DNA of 64,000 nt, from positions 44,516,381-44,580,380 of the forward strand of contig NC_057728.1 of the NCBI RefSeq assembly GCF_004010195.1. The letters are read 5' to 3'. Positions 13,003 to 24,760 of the stretch are shown here, one piece after another (position 1 is the stretch's first letter; each line of letters opens with the position of its first letter). The notes under the pieces are model-generated. The model saw only the letters and a list, made by a program, of their open reading frames with translations, did not search any database and was not told where the DNA came from. Source of the DNA: Chiloscyllium plagiosum (taxonomy: Eukaryota). Made by a program: the position numbers and the translations under genes.

Positions 13003-14630
13003 CTTGATAAGTACCTACCTGTCAGGCAGGGAGGAAGTGGTCGAGTGAGGGAGGTGTGGTTTACTAAAGAAGTTGAATCTCTTGTCAAAAAGAAGAAGAA
13101 AGCTTATGTAAGGATGAGACATGAAGACTCAGTTAGGGCATTGTGAGTTACAACTTAGTCAGGAAAGACCTGGAGCAAGAGCTGGGAAGAGCCAGGAGGG
13201 AACATGAGAAGTCATTGGCAGATAGGATCAAGGAAAACCCTAAAGATTTCTATAGGTGTATCAGGAATAAAAGAATGATTAGAGAAACATTAGGGCCAAA
13301 CAAGGATAGTGGTGGGAAGTTCTGTATGGAGTCTGAGGAGATGGGGAAGCGCTAAATGAATATTTTTTGTCAGAATTCACACAGGAAAAAGACAATGTTG
13401 TCGAGGAGAATACTGAGATACAGGCTACAAAACTAGATGAGATTGAGGTTCACAAGAAGGAGGTGTTAGCAGTTCTGGAATTGTGAAAATAGATAAGTTC
13501 CATGGGCCAGATGGGATTTATCTGAGGATTCTCTGGGAAGCCAGGGAGGAGATTGCAGAGCCTTTGGCTTTGATCTTTAAGTTGTCATTGTCTACAGGAA
13601 TAGAGCCAGAAGACTGGAGGATAGCAAATGTTGTCCCTTTGTTCAAGAAGGGGAGTAGAGACAACCCTGGTAATTATAAATCACCTGAATTATAAACTGA
13701 AGTAAGCCTTACTTCAGTTGTGGGTAAAGTGTTGGAAAAGCTGATAAGAGATAGGATTTATAATCATCAAGAGAGGAATAAGTTGATTAGGGATAGTCAA
13801 CATGGTTTTGAGAAGGGTAGGTCGTGCCTCACAAAACTTATTGAGTTCTTTGAGATGGTGACCAAACAGGTGGATGAGGGTAAAGTGGTTATTGTGGTGT
13901 ATATGGATTTCAGTAAGGCATTGATTGGGTGCCCCACGGTAGGCTATTGCACAAAATATGAAGGCATGAAATTGAGGGTGGCTTAGTAATTTGGATCAGA
14001 AATTGGCTAGCTAAAAGAAGGCAGACGGTCATGATTGATGGGAAATGTCCATCCTGGAGTTCAGTTACTCGTGGTGTACTGCAAGGATCTGGTTTGAAGC
14101 TACTGCTGTTTGTCCTTTTTATAAAAGATCTGGATGAGGGCTTAGAAAGATGTGTTAGTAAGTTTGCGAATGACACGAAGTTGGGTGGAGTTGTGGATAG
14201 TGCTGAAGGATGTTGCAGGTTACAGGGGGAGATGGATAAGCTGCAGAGTTGGGATGAGAGTTGGCAAATGGAGTTTAATGTGGAAAAGTGTGAGGCGAAT
14301 CACTTTGAAAGGAGCAACAGGAATAAAGAGTACTGGGCTAATGGTAAGATTCTTGGTAATGTAAATGAACAGAGAGATCTTGGTGTCCATTTACATAGGT
14401 TTCTGAAAGTTGCTACCCAGGAAAATAGGATTATTAAGAAGGCATACAGTGTGTTAGCTTTTATTGGTAGAGGGATTGCATTTTGGAGCCACGGGGTCAT
14501 ACTGCAACTGTACAAAACTCTGGTGCGACCGCACTTGGAGTATTGCGTACAGTTCTGGTCACCGCATTATAGGAAAGATGTGAAAGCTTTGGAAAGGATA
14601 CAGAAGAGATTTACTAGGATGATGCTTAGT

Positions 14631-14951
14631 GGGCGGCACGGTGGCACAGTGGTTAGCACTGCTGCCTCGCAGCGCCAGAGACCCGGGTTCAATTCCCACC
14701 TCAGGCGACTGACTGTGTGGAGTTTGCACGTTCTCCCCGTGTCTGCGTGGGTTTCCTCCGGGTGCTCCGGTTTCCTCCCACAGTCCAAAGATGTGCAGGT
14801 CAGGTGAATTGGCCATGCTAAATTGTCCGTAGTGTTAGGTAAGGGGTAAATGTAGGGGTAGGGGTAGGGGTGGGTTACGCTTCGGCGGGTCGGTGTGGAC
14901 TTGTTGGGCCGAAGGGCCTGTTTCCACACTGTAAAGTAATCTATGTAATCT
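14631..14951 (+). mobile_element. HE1-type V-SINE (tRNA head, V domain, HER1-like tail)
   Basis: A box tggcacagtgg, B box gggttcaattcc, V domain ctgtgtggagtttgcacgttctccccgtgtctgcgtgggtttcc. Confidence 0.92.
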
Positions 14952-16229
14952 ATGGAGGGAATATCTTATGAGGAAAGGCTGAGGGACTTGAAGCTGTTTT
15001 CATTAGAGAGAAGGAGGTTGAGAGGTGACTTAATTGAAACATATGAGATAATAAGAGGGTTAGATAGGGTGGACAGTGAGAACCTTTTTCCTCAGATGGT
15101 GACGGCTAGCACAAGGGGATGTAGCTTTAAATTGAGGGGTGATACATATAGGATAGATGTCAGAGGTAGTTTCTTTAATCAGAGAGTAGTACAGGGGTGG
15201 AACGCATTGCCTGCAACAGTAGTAGACTCACCAACTTTAAGGGCATTTAAATGGTCATTGGATAAACATATGGATGAAAATGGAATAGTGTAAGATAGAT
15301 AGGCTTCAGATTGGTTCCACAGGTCAGCACAACATCGAGGGCTGAAGGGCCTGTGCTATGCTGTAATGTTCTATCATCTATCTATGTTCTATGTTCTATG
15401 ACAAGTAAGTGTAGAGTTAAGGTGTCAATTTGTTAACTGCTTATGATACCAGGTGGGTAGGATGCCAGGTAAGTATTGTGGAGTGATTAGCATTAATTGG
15501 GTAGGGGGGACAGGGTGGCTTTGCATTTGACTGTGGAGGGGGATTGCTGCCCAAGGAAGAGTCAGGCCAACAAATTGTTGGGTTGGGGAAGGTTGTCATC
15601 TGAGGGTGCATCAGTGTGGCAAACTACTGGACTGGCAATGTCTCAGGTGTGGTGGTAGGGTAGGCAATAATGCCAATCTCTAGGAGTGTCAGGTCAGTAA
15701 GTTGGAAATGTGTCAGGTTCAGGATGGTATGGAAGTCATTCCAGCAGGATGGGGATGCTGTCTGTTTTCAGAAGGTAGAGGGCGAGTTGTCAGTTTGGTG
15801 GAGGAATTCAGGTCAGCATATTGTGATGGTGGTTGTTGGATCCAGTGGAGACCTGTCATTACCGTAGGGTCAGGCCAGGGTTTGGGGACGTAGTATTGTG
15901 GAGCTGGGTGTCAGATCTGCGAGGTTAAGCCAGTGGCCATAAAGTGTCAGGACTGGGAGATTCCAGTCAGCAGGGTTTGGGGGTATCAAACTGGCAGTTT
16001 CAGGTATGGGAGGTAATGTTGGGTCTGTGGAAGGTCAGGCTGGTGGCTGAGGTAGGGCAGAGCCTGTGAATATGTATAAAATCATGTTGAGTGAGGGGGT
16101 GTCTAGAGTGGGATGAGGTGTAGTTGAAGGGGTGAAGAGTTAGACTAACTATTAGCTTAACTGTTAAACTCGCATGCTGCCAAATCGGCTGTGCTTTTCC
16201 AGCACCACACTTTTTGACTATTCTTTCAC

Positions 16230-17870
16230 TGTGTCAGAATCCTCAGAATTCTCCATCTTTAATGGACTGTTTTGGAATGTCCCAGTTCCAGGGGAATTGC
16301 CCATTGGAACCTTCATGGGAATCCCACACAGTCAATCAAGTCTTGGATTCCGCATGGTCCTATTGTACAACTGCATTCAGTGCTTCAGAAGTGACTATGT
16401 GCCTGTTGGAATATCTGGATCAAGGTGTTTTAGTTACACTTGATCAATGTAGGCAACATACTGCTTTTGGGCTAAGTAACACTTCATGGAATAGAGCAGT
16501 GATATAGTTAAAGAATGGTGCAGCTGATATGCTCTGTTGCAGCAGACATTGGTTTAGACAGTTAATTGCAAGTGATTGGTTATTGAGCATATATTAGAGG
16601 TCTTTTTATTCAAGTGAAGAGTTCTGATAGATTAATTGCTTTTCAAGGTCATTTAATGTTTCTCTATCTGTTACTTGTCCAAACCCAACATTTGATCTTT
16701 GGAATGGTTAATTAATGTACAATCTGGTGCTGATTATTTTTCAAAGATGCAGGGCACATCTCTAGGGAGTTGATGAACTGTGCTTAAAGTTGTATGTCAA
16801 TAGAGTTTTTAGCACATTTAACAATGCTTTTAATATGGATTCTCTTTCTTAAAATAGGTCTTTATAATTGGTTCACAGATACATTTTGAATTTAAGGCTT
16901 CACAGTAATTAGCAAATGTAACTTTTATCTCATCATAATTAGAAGATTTTTGACAATTGCAATTGTTTTAATTTAGTTCTAGCCTCAACAATGATTAATG
17001 TAATTCTGGATATGGGGTCCTGTACTCTCGTGAGTTAGTGTGTTAATCCAATACCAGAATAAGTCACATTTGCAAACATTATGTGCTGGCTATGTCAGGC
17101 AGATGTCTTGTTCATTATTTGTATTTTGACTTTGTCCTTCTTAGCAGCAAGAGCTTTCTGAAGAAAACACTTACAAGAGGAGAAAAGCCCCAACATGTAT
17201 CATTTTGCCAAGTACCACAGAGATTAGCTGGTGCTTTAGAGAGGCTTGTAACCAGTGAGACACACAATAGAAGAAAGCAGGAGCATATTCAAGGGACTGG
17301 GATGAAAGGAATGTAACGAGCTGAAAGATGCTATCCTCTCCTTGCTCTGTTGAATTGAAAAGAGAAGCCAACCTTTGAGATTGACCATAAAAATAAAGAT
17401 AGAAGCAGATTGCAACTATGAGCTGAATGCCTGAAAATATCAAGGTGCCTGCTAAAATGTGTATATTTCTGTAACATGGCATTTCAGTTCTGCAATCAAT
17501 CCACGAGTATATGGCGACCACCAGGACCACTGCAACAGCAAAATGACTGCCATTCAGACTCAAGGTCGAAAGATCAGCTTCACATTGGAAAGATTAATGC
17601 ACCGCATATATCAATTGGTAGGTCATACTATGGGTCACACTTTTCAAGGCAGGACTCCTCTCTTATTATCTGCTCTCTGTTAACTTGGTGAGATTGATAA
17701 AATGTAGGCCAGTTGAGTCTGTTATCAGATGAGCAACCTTTGCTCTCTCTCAGGCTACAATACACTCTTTCCTTACAATGCACCCTCAGACAGTAACTGT
17801 TTCTCTTGGTTCATAGTGTTAAATGGTTTCCAGTCATCTCTTAATGGACATTTAATGCCATTCACTACAT
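16230..17870 (-). pseudogene. Hantavirid-like glycoprotein precursor copy 1: Gn C-half, TM/tail, Gn/Gc junction (EVE)
   Basis: FINLT ~ IFNIT; FQC..LNG..LVV.IYS ~ FVC..CNG..LVI..IYT; hydrophobic TM in ORF 17171-17563; RYSNR (16402-16416) ~ RYKSR; ESKT.LTVWDSHEGSNGQFP ~ SETPLTPVWNDNAHGVGSVP. Confidence 0.7.
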
Positions 17871-17871
17871 A

Positions 17872-18763
17872 GTGCAAAGACAATGGGATCCCTTAACCTG
17901 TTTACCGCCCCCATACCCTCCTCCAGAGACATATCTATCCTGTCTCTACAGCCAGCCTACGGCCCCAGAACCAAAAGTAACTCCAGTAACTGAAAGAGAA
18001 ACAAACTCTGAGCTAAAAGATGCAGAACCTAGGGGGCCCAGAGTCACTCGAGCCACCACATGTAAAGGAGGGGCAGAGATAATGGAAAATATAAAATTAT
18101 GTCCCTTAAGAGAGGTCCTGATTGGGGACAGAGAAATAGGATACGTAAACGCTCCCTTAACTAGTAGTGAAGTTAGGGCTTTTAAGAAGGAAATGAAAAG
18201 TCTGATAGAGGATCCGGTGGGATCTAAGGGAAATGGTAATATTGGGAATTAAAGAGGCGGCACCTAGATCTTTCAAAGTACGACAAGAGAAGGATGAAAC
18301 TCCTTCTGCATTTTTTCAAAGGCTCAAGGAGTCCGCAAGGAAATATTTGGGAATGGATCCCGATGATCCGGTAGCTCAGGGACTCTAAAAGGTCCAGTTT
18401 GTGACTAAATCATGGCTGGATATACAAAAGAAATTACAGAAATTAGATGGATGGAGTGAAAGACAGATGGAAGAGCTGTTATGTGAGGCACAGAAGGTGT
18501 ATGTGAAAAGGGAAGACGAGAAGCAGAAACAGAAAGCCAAAATGATGGTGGTGGCAGTAGAAGAAATAACAAAAAGGAGACTGGGATCAGGGGATAACAG
18601 GAAGGATAGGGGAGGACACGAAAGACAAAGGTCGGACATCTGGGGAAGGAGGCAACAGGCAGGATGTTACCACTGCGGAAAAGTGGGGCATTTTAAACTG
18701 GAATGCCCGGGATTAGCACGAGAAAGGCAAACAGTTTCCCTAATGACCTTCGATGAGGAATAG
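17872..18763 (+). pseudogene. gag: ERV gag, 5'-truncated and frameshifted
   Basis: PPPY motif, MHR-like VRQEKDETPSAFFQRL, NC CYHCGKVGHFKLEC, TAG stop. Confidence 0.9.
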
Positions 18764-19380
18764 GGGAGTCAGGGGTTCTTTCCTCCTGAAACCCACCGGG
18801 AACCCTTGATAAATCTAAAGGTGGGACCTGAAGGGGAGGAGGCAGCATTTTTGGTGGACACGGGAGCGGCACGATCATCCCTAAGTTTTAGACCTACCGG
18901 TGTTAAATTGACTAATAAGAATCTCAGGGGTTCTGGAGTAAAAGGCGAAGAATCCTTGGTGCCTATTTTTGAGCCAACCCTGATTAGAAGAAATGATGAG
19001 GAAGTGACAGGACAATTACCAACTGTAGAGTTTAATGATAAGTTTAAAAAAAAAACTATATTGTGGCACTCGGTTCTTCTTTGTCTGTCCTTAGGAAGAA
19101 GGGTCTGTTGACCCAGACACCTCCACTTGAGTTTGCAGTACATCGGATACGACCGGGTGATTGGGTCCTGATCAAAACCTGGAAAGATACCAAACGCACC
19201 CAAGCTGGGAGGGACCATTCCTAACCCTCCTGACTACTGAAACAGCCATCTGAACTGCTGAAAAAGTGTGGAGTCATCGCACTCCTGTTGAGGGCCCCGT
19301 GGACGCTTCTTCCCCTTTGGCAGAGTGGCAAGCTCATCCTACAGACAACCCTCTGAAAGTCAAGCTGAGCAAAAAGAATG
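18764..19380 (+). pseudogene. pol: ERV protease plus integrase C-terminus; RT, RNase H and IN core deleted
   Basis: FLVDTGA active site; GDWVLIKTWK..WEGPF (GPY/F) near 19155-19220; only ~600 bp for the whole of pol. Confidence 0.85.
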
Positions 19381-19510
19381 GACTGAGATAAAAGACTATT
19401 AAGTATTGGTTAAAAAACTGTATCCCAAAACAATTGTAAGTGTTGTATGGACTCACTCCTCCCTGGCATACAAAGGGTTAGGGAATAGACAGATAGGGTT
19501 GTGAGCTGAA

Positions 19511-20690
19511 ATGAGTAGTCAGCTTTATATTGTCACGATAATATTGGCGTTAGCTGCCAAGAGGGGGGTGGGAAATATCGTTTTACCGCTTTATGTCAGA
19601 ATTATGCTAAACTAAAGGGGCATACCGACTGTTGGGTATGTGCGAAGATCCCACACCATAGGGAATCCGGAATTCCTCTCACGGTAATACCATTACCAAA
19701 AGAGAAGTGTACGATGTACAAGAATTTGACTCGGGCTCAAACAATACAAAATGGAGATCTGATAGGGGTAATTATAACTTTGCGGGATGGTTCCCTTGAC
19801 CAGCCCCAAAAACTCTGGGTGCTATTGATGGCCTTAGAGTTTCCCCACCGAAAGGAGCAGTAATTACCACTTGTTTCTGTATTCAGAATGATACCGCACC
19901 CTTCCGATTAGGAAAATCATCTTGTGTCTACACCAGCCAAGCCACTGCCACGACCATTCCCCGAATATTAAACGGAACATATTGGGTATGCGGCCTGAAG
20001 GCCTATCCATTTATTCCCGGGGAAAAATACATTCGCGTGACCGAATGTATAAGAATGCATACATGTTATGATGTTGATCAAACACTGCCTCAAAGCCAGA
20101 AAGGTTGGAGTGGCTGCTGCTACCTTGTCTACATAATTCCCCATTTGAGGCTGTTAAAGAGAGTCCCAAAAATACGTCAGAATAAACAGGGAGGATGAGC
20201 GAGTAACCCGGAAAGTAACCGAAGGAGATTGCCTCCTCTGGACTTTGGTACCTATGCATGGGACCGCTCGAGCAGGAGTAGAAATACAAAAGTTGGCGGC
20301 TTCCCTGGAAGAGTTGGCCAACAATACTGCGGATGCGTTGGCCGAAACCCAATCCCAAGTAGCAGCCATAACGACCGAAATGATTGCCACTAGGCTAACG
20401 ACTCTTCAGAACAGGATGGCTCTAGATTATATTCTGGCAGAGAAAGGTGGTACCTGTGCACTAATTGGGGAAGTTGGTTAGTCAATCTGGCTATCTATGG
20501 ATTATTGATATTAGTGGGTCTGGTGGTAGGGTTCAATGTCCTAAAATGGGTAATGAGCCGACTGATGACATCCCTTGGGGAAGGAACCCAAATACATCAT
20601 CAGATGCTTTTACAATCAACAGGTGATATGCAACAAAGAGAAAGTCAAAGAATGCTCCTAGAGTTTGAGAGACGAAAAACACAACAGTAA
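19511..20690 (+). pseudogene. env: Gamma-type ERV env, decayed
   Basis: Signal peptide, CWVC (19630), furin-like RVTR, immunosuppressive domain LQNRMALDYILAEKGGTC, TM helix. Confidence 0.9.
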
Positions 20691-20819
20691 AATGATACCG
20701 TGTATAAGATTGTAAACCTCATCGCCAAAAGGCGTAAGAGGGCAGAACATAAGAAAATGAATTAAAGGAGACTTAATAAGTGCAGAAACAACAGTTAGAG
20801 AAAAAGAAAAAGGGGGAAT

Positions 20820-21407
20820 TGTGGGAGATTAGAAATGTAGTTTCTGCAGGTGGTGGTGGTTAGAGATGTTGTTTCTGCAGATGGGTGAGGGGGTGTTGTG
20901 GGGGGAGGGGGAGGGGAACATTACACAAACAGTCGCGGGATTCTTGCAGCATACTTAAGGTTAAGATTTTAACGAATATAGAGGTTTTCATTTAAGAAAT
21001 AGTTTTCAACTAAGAAATAACTTTAAAGTGTTGTAGCTGACCACAAAAGAAGCAGTAGGGGCATTTCGCAATAAGCTTATAGTATGATAAGGGGAACTGG
21101 ATAAAATAACAGGCAGGCTGTAACAAACAAGGACAAGGACAGCAGGGTAGTCAGATAAGGAAAATTAGAGAAAAACAAGTGAAGTAATTGGCTTATGATA
21201 GGATAAGACTAGACTAATGGGAAAAGGGAGGCGTGATTCCGCAACTTGCAAACTGAATAGAGAATGTTTACATGCTTTGTAATTTGCACTTTTGCTTGCC
21301 TGATTGCTTGCGCAGGCGTCCGTTCTTGCAAGGCCGTACAGAATAAAATGTTCTTGTTTCCAAGGCTTTGTCTCAGGCTGAATTGTAAGTGAGTTTTGTT
21401 TCTCACA
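20820..21407 (+). mobile_element. ERV 3' LTR
   Basis: Polypurine tract aaaagaaaaagggggaat immediately upstream; TGTGGGA...TCTCACA termini; AATAAA at 21342-21347. Confidence 0.9.
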
Positions 21408-21595
21408 GATTGCTGGCTTACAATGCAGCCTGATGTAAACAGTTCAGGTTCAATACCATGAAAGACTCTCCTTCTCCATCGATCCCCTGGCCCAAGGTAT
21501 AGTGACTGCCAGGTTAGACCAACCTCAGCCATCTCTCTTTATTGAGAAAGCTGCCCTACAGTCCAGTCAGACTACATTGACTTTACCTTTACTCA
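21408..21595 (+). mobile_element. 5'-truncated tRNA-derived SINE into which the ERV inserted
   Basis: B-box-like ggttcaatacc, ending gactttaccttt; the head is missing at the LTR junction. Confidence 0.55.
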
Positions 21596-21599
21596 TTTG

Positions 21600-22160
21600 T
21601 ATCTCAAAATTACAAGTGAAACTCTCTGTGTAATGGGACTTTGGCTGGCATTGTTTGAGCCCCCAGCTTATTCAAATACTTCTTTGATGCTTATTTAAAG
21701 TTTTGTTGCAGTTCTCTCAAAGACAATGCAATGTTTAACCTTTTAAAATTAAACTGCAATGCTAGGAAATTATTCATCGCTTGAACAAGAAATGACACAA
21801 CACTCCAGAGAAAGCATCTAATTTAGTTGCAATGTTACAGTAACTGTCTCAATGTAGAAGTGTGAGAGTCATCTTGTAAAAGTCCTCAGATAATTGGCAG
21901 TCGACAGGATTGAATATAGAAGCAAATTGGTGATGGTCCAATTTTAGAGCCATAATGTCCCTGGCCATCAGACTAAGTTTAAATTTTGTCTTCTCTTAAG
22001 TTCATTATGTGGGATTTTGTTAATTATAAAATAAAATTTACTAATCCAGCTCGATGGAGTTTCAATGTTAATTCAGGTAATGTCAAGTTAATTCAGCAGA
22101 ACTACAAATTGCGATGGTTACAAACATGATTGCTAAAATGGTCAATTTTGGATTTTGAAA
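21600..22160 (-). pseudogene. Hantavirid-like Gn N-terminus with signal peptide (5' part of copy 1)
   Basis: KLTILAIMFVTIAICSSA signal-like; IETVTVTLQL ~ FETVSTEVDL; CCVISCSSDE.FPSI ~ CYDLSCNSTYCKPTL; IVFERT ~ VVYERS. Confidence 0.6.
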
Positions 22161-22514
22161 GACTCGTTTAAAGATCAACTGCATTGAAACCAAAATAATT
22201 GCCGATATTTGAGATCAAAAAGGGGAATAAATTACATTGAGTCACACTTGAGAGGTAAAACATTTAATTATATATTCGTGTGGTTTCCATTAATAATTTG
22301 GAAGTTCTGGATTTTCTGTCAATGATTCACATCTAAAACGTTTAGGTTTTAGAAGTCCCAAGAGCATGGATGAAACACATAGCTTAGCAGCTGAACTGGC
22401 AGAATCTTGCATCTGAGGCCAGCACTGATTTTGAAGTGTCAGTGAGTATAGCCAAGTAGACTGTCTGATAACCCCATGGTAGTTGATGAGTTAGGTGCAT
22501 ATTTTTCAATGGAA

Positions 22515-22710
22515 CTTACACTTCTACATTGAGACAGTTCCTGGAACATTGCAACAGTATTAAATGCTTTCCCTGGAGTGTAAGCTCCTGTTGCAACATT
22601 TCTTGTTTCAGCAATGAATAATTCCCTAGCATTTCAATATAATTCAAAGTTTAAAAAATTGCATTTTCTTTGAGAGGACAGTAGCAAAATTTTAAGTGAG
22701 CGTCAAAAAA
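22515..22710 (+). repeat. Inverted duplicate of the Gn fragment at 21683-21866
   Basis: ~190-bp reverse-complement match, roughly 75-80% identical by eye. Confidence 0.85.
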
Positions 22711-22849
22711 TTATCATTTTCTTGTTGAGTCTTTTCTCAACCTGAAAACCTGAAATAATAAGGAAAAAAAAATTAGGACAGTTTCTTCAGTTGATTTCCA
22801 CTTTTTGCCAGTTTTTCTTTACTATTTCAGTCACAATTAAAATAATATT

Positions 22850-23140
22850 CCAGAGCACCAGGCTATGCTCTGAGAAGATTGATTCAAATCTTGCTATGGC
22901 AACTGATGGACTTCAGGTTTAATTATTAAAAATCTGAAATTGAAAACTTGTCTTATTGATGGCGGCCATTGGTTTGTTGTAAAAATCCATCCAACATCCT
23001 TTTGAGAAGGAAATGTTCCACCCTTCCTTTGTCTGGCCCTTATTTAACTCCAGCCTATAGCAATGCAGCTTACTTTTAAGGATGACCACTAAATGTTCAC
23101 CTTGCTACCAAGACCTGTATCCTGTGAAAGAATTAAAGAA
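22850..23140 (+). mobile_element. Degenerate tRNA-derived SINE ('family B')
   Basis: Similar to 59430-59750. Confidence 0.6.
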
Positions 23141-23149
23141 AAGTAGAAA

Positions 23150-24760
23150 ATATGCAACTGTTGAAGGAAAATTCCATGAATTAAAAAAAAATCTTTTACT
23201 TTTTTTGGTAAGTACATCAGTTTACCTTGATATGGTCAAGCAATCACAGGTACAAAATTGGGCATTCTAAGTTGACCAATAGCTGGAGAAATCAGGCCTG
23301 ACTGAAAATTGACCAAACTAAATTAAAACTGCAGCCAGCAATTATCAGCTGCAGAGAACAGTAGAAACCAAGGTCAAAGACATCACAAAGGTTCAGGGGA
23401 ACCAGTCACAACCAGCCCAATGGTTATGTGTTAGAGAAGTATCAGTCAGACTTTCTGGCACCTCGACTTCCATCTGGAGCCTGAGGATGTGCACTTTAAA
23501 CTTCCTGGCATGGAAACAGTGAAGAGTGTTGGTTTTACCCTTTGGATGCTTTTAACCCTCTCATTGGCCAAAGGCCACAGAACATTCCAGAAGGTCCAGG
23601 GTGAAGGGGATAAGAACACGCACCTGGAAGACTCAGTGGAAATTCACTACAAGACTCGTGATGGAAGATTAGCCGAAGTGTCCAAAGCATGGACAACATT
23701 AGAAGCTTTAAAAAGTTATCACAAAACGTTGACTCAAATTTTCCTAAGACTTGCATCACAGTAATGGCAGATCTATAGCGAACAAATTCTCAAATAAGCA
23801 GCAAATGAGAAATGAAACAATGGAGCAAGTGACTTGTTGTTCAACTTCTGTGGTCACATTCAAAATGTGGGGGTAAGAAATTTTGTGCCTAGCCAAGTTC
23901 CAAAAGCAGCAATTAGATTGTATCTTTTGTTACCTCTCTTTGTGGAAACTTGTATGCAAATTGGCTGTGACCTCTCTATTCATTGGATGTAAATTAATTA
24001 GGCAAACAAATATGCACTCTCCAGCAGCAGAATTTGGGTGCAACAAGTCAGATAGGATTTCATTGCTGCCTGGTTCCTTGCACTGCTGAAACCTCTGGGA
24101 TTTGGGTTAGTGGCATTGCATTTAAAGCCCAGTTGTGAATGAAGTCAAATGAGGTCCACACAGAAGTAAAAGGAAATTAGTGGGAATGCTGCCTCCAGGA
24201 TGAGGGACTGATCACCATAGCTAACTTGTACATTTAGTGAACGGAAGCCTTTTCCATTGATGAAGTTGTGTTATGAAGAGGCACTCTCACAGTATTGTGT
24301 GTACAACCCTGCACCTGGGTAAAACCATCTATGCTGGTAAGGCATACCACCTGAGCTGCAGCACAGATCGCATCCTGGGGAAACAAGATGATTTGGCTTA
24401 CATTTCATCTTTAACAGCCTTAGTATATTTGTCATTGTTGAAGATTAAGAGATTCCCACACAGATCCCCAGTGGAATAATTGCATAACAATTTAGCACAG
24501 CTGTTAACTTGAGGACCAATATGATCGCATGACCACCCACCATCATTGGCACAGTTCAGTGACAGTGTTCTAGGAGGTTCTGTTTGTGGCAACACTTCTT
24601 ACTCATCTAGAGGCAATGGCATCGAGGATGATAATCCCTGGGCTTCCTGTGTATATCTCCTGCACATCCTGAGGGGACTATATGCTATAATCTTTTCATA
24701 TGGAGGATGGTCAGCAGCACTGGAGAATGTTGTAGGGTTTGCTGGCACACTTGAATCCTT
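23150..24760 (+). pseudogene. Hantavirid-like nucleocapsid N, copy 1 (EVE)
   Basis: HLDFHLEP (23459) ~ HLDIDEP; KGIRTR (23604) ~ KGTRIR; LLPG..SPVV ~ ITPG..SPVM; LRTNMIA..IIGT (24509) ~ MRNTIMASKTVGT; EAM[G]IEDD (24610) ~ QSMGIQLD; *GDYML.SFHMED (24670-24708) ~ WGKEAVDNFHLGD. All in the correct order. Confidence 0.78.

Larger units (their letters stand above)
11095..15400 (+). mobile_element. CR1 LINE (end of ORF1, decayed APE-RT ORF2, 3' tail) with three nested insertions
   Basis: LKCVYFNVRGIRNK, GSDHN, GPDGIY, SQHGF, VYMDFSKA, QGSGL, KFANDTK, RPHLEYCVQFWSP; TTCTATG tail at 15370-15400. Confidence 0.95.

Noticed and set aside
14631..14705. tRNA gene (also 45277, 49605, 59430)
   Set aside because: tRNA-derived SINE heads followed by SINE bodies
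14031..14807. 258-aa ORF as a novel gene
   Set aside because: CR1 RT reading into an inserted HE1 SINE
15400..16140. G-rich strand-biased tract
   Set aside because: No ORF, periodicity or recognisable motif; probably a decayed low-complexity repeat interior
17171..17563. Host membrane-protein exon or orthobunyavirus Gn
   Set aside because: No splice context; flanking frames carry hantavirus-type Gn/Gc junction motifs plus many stops
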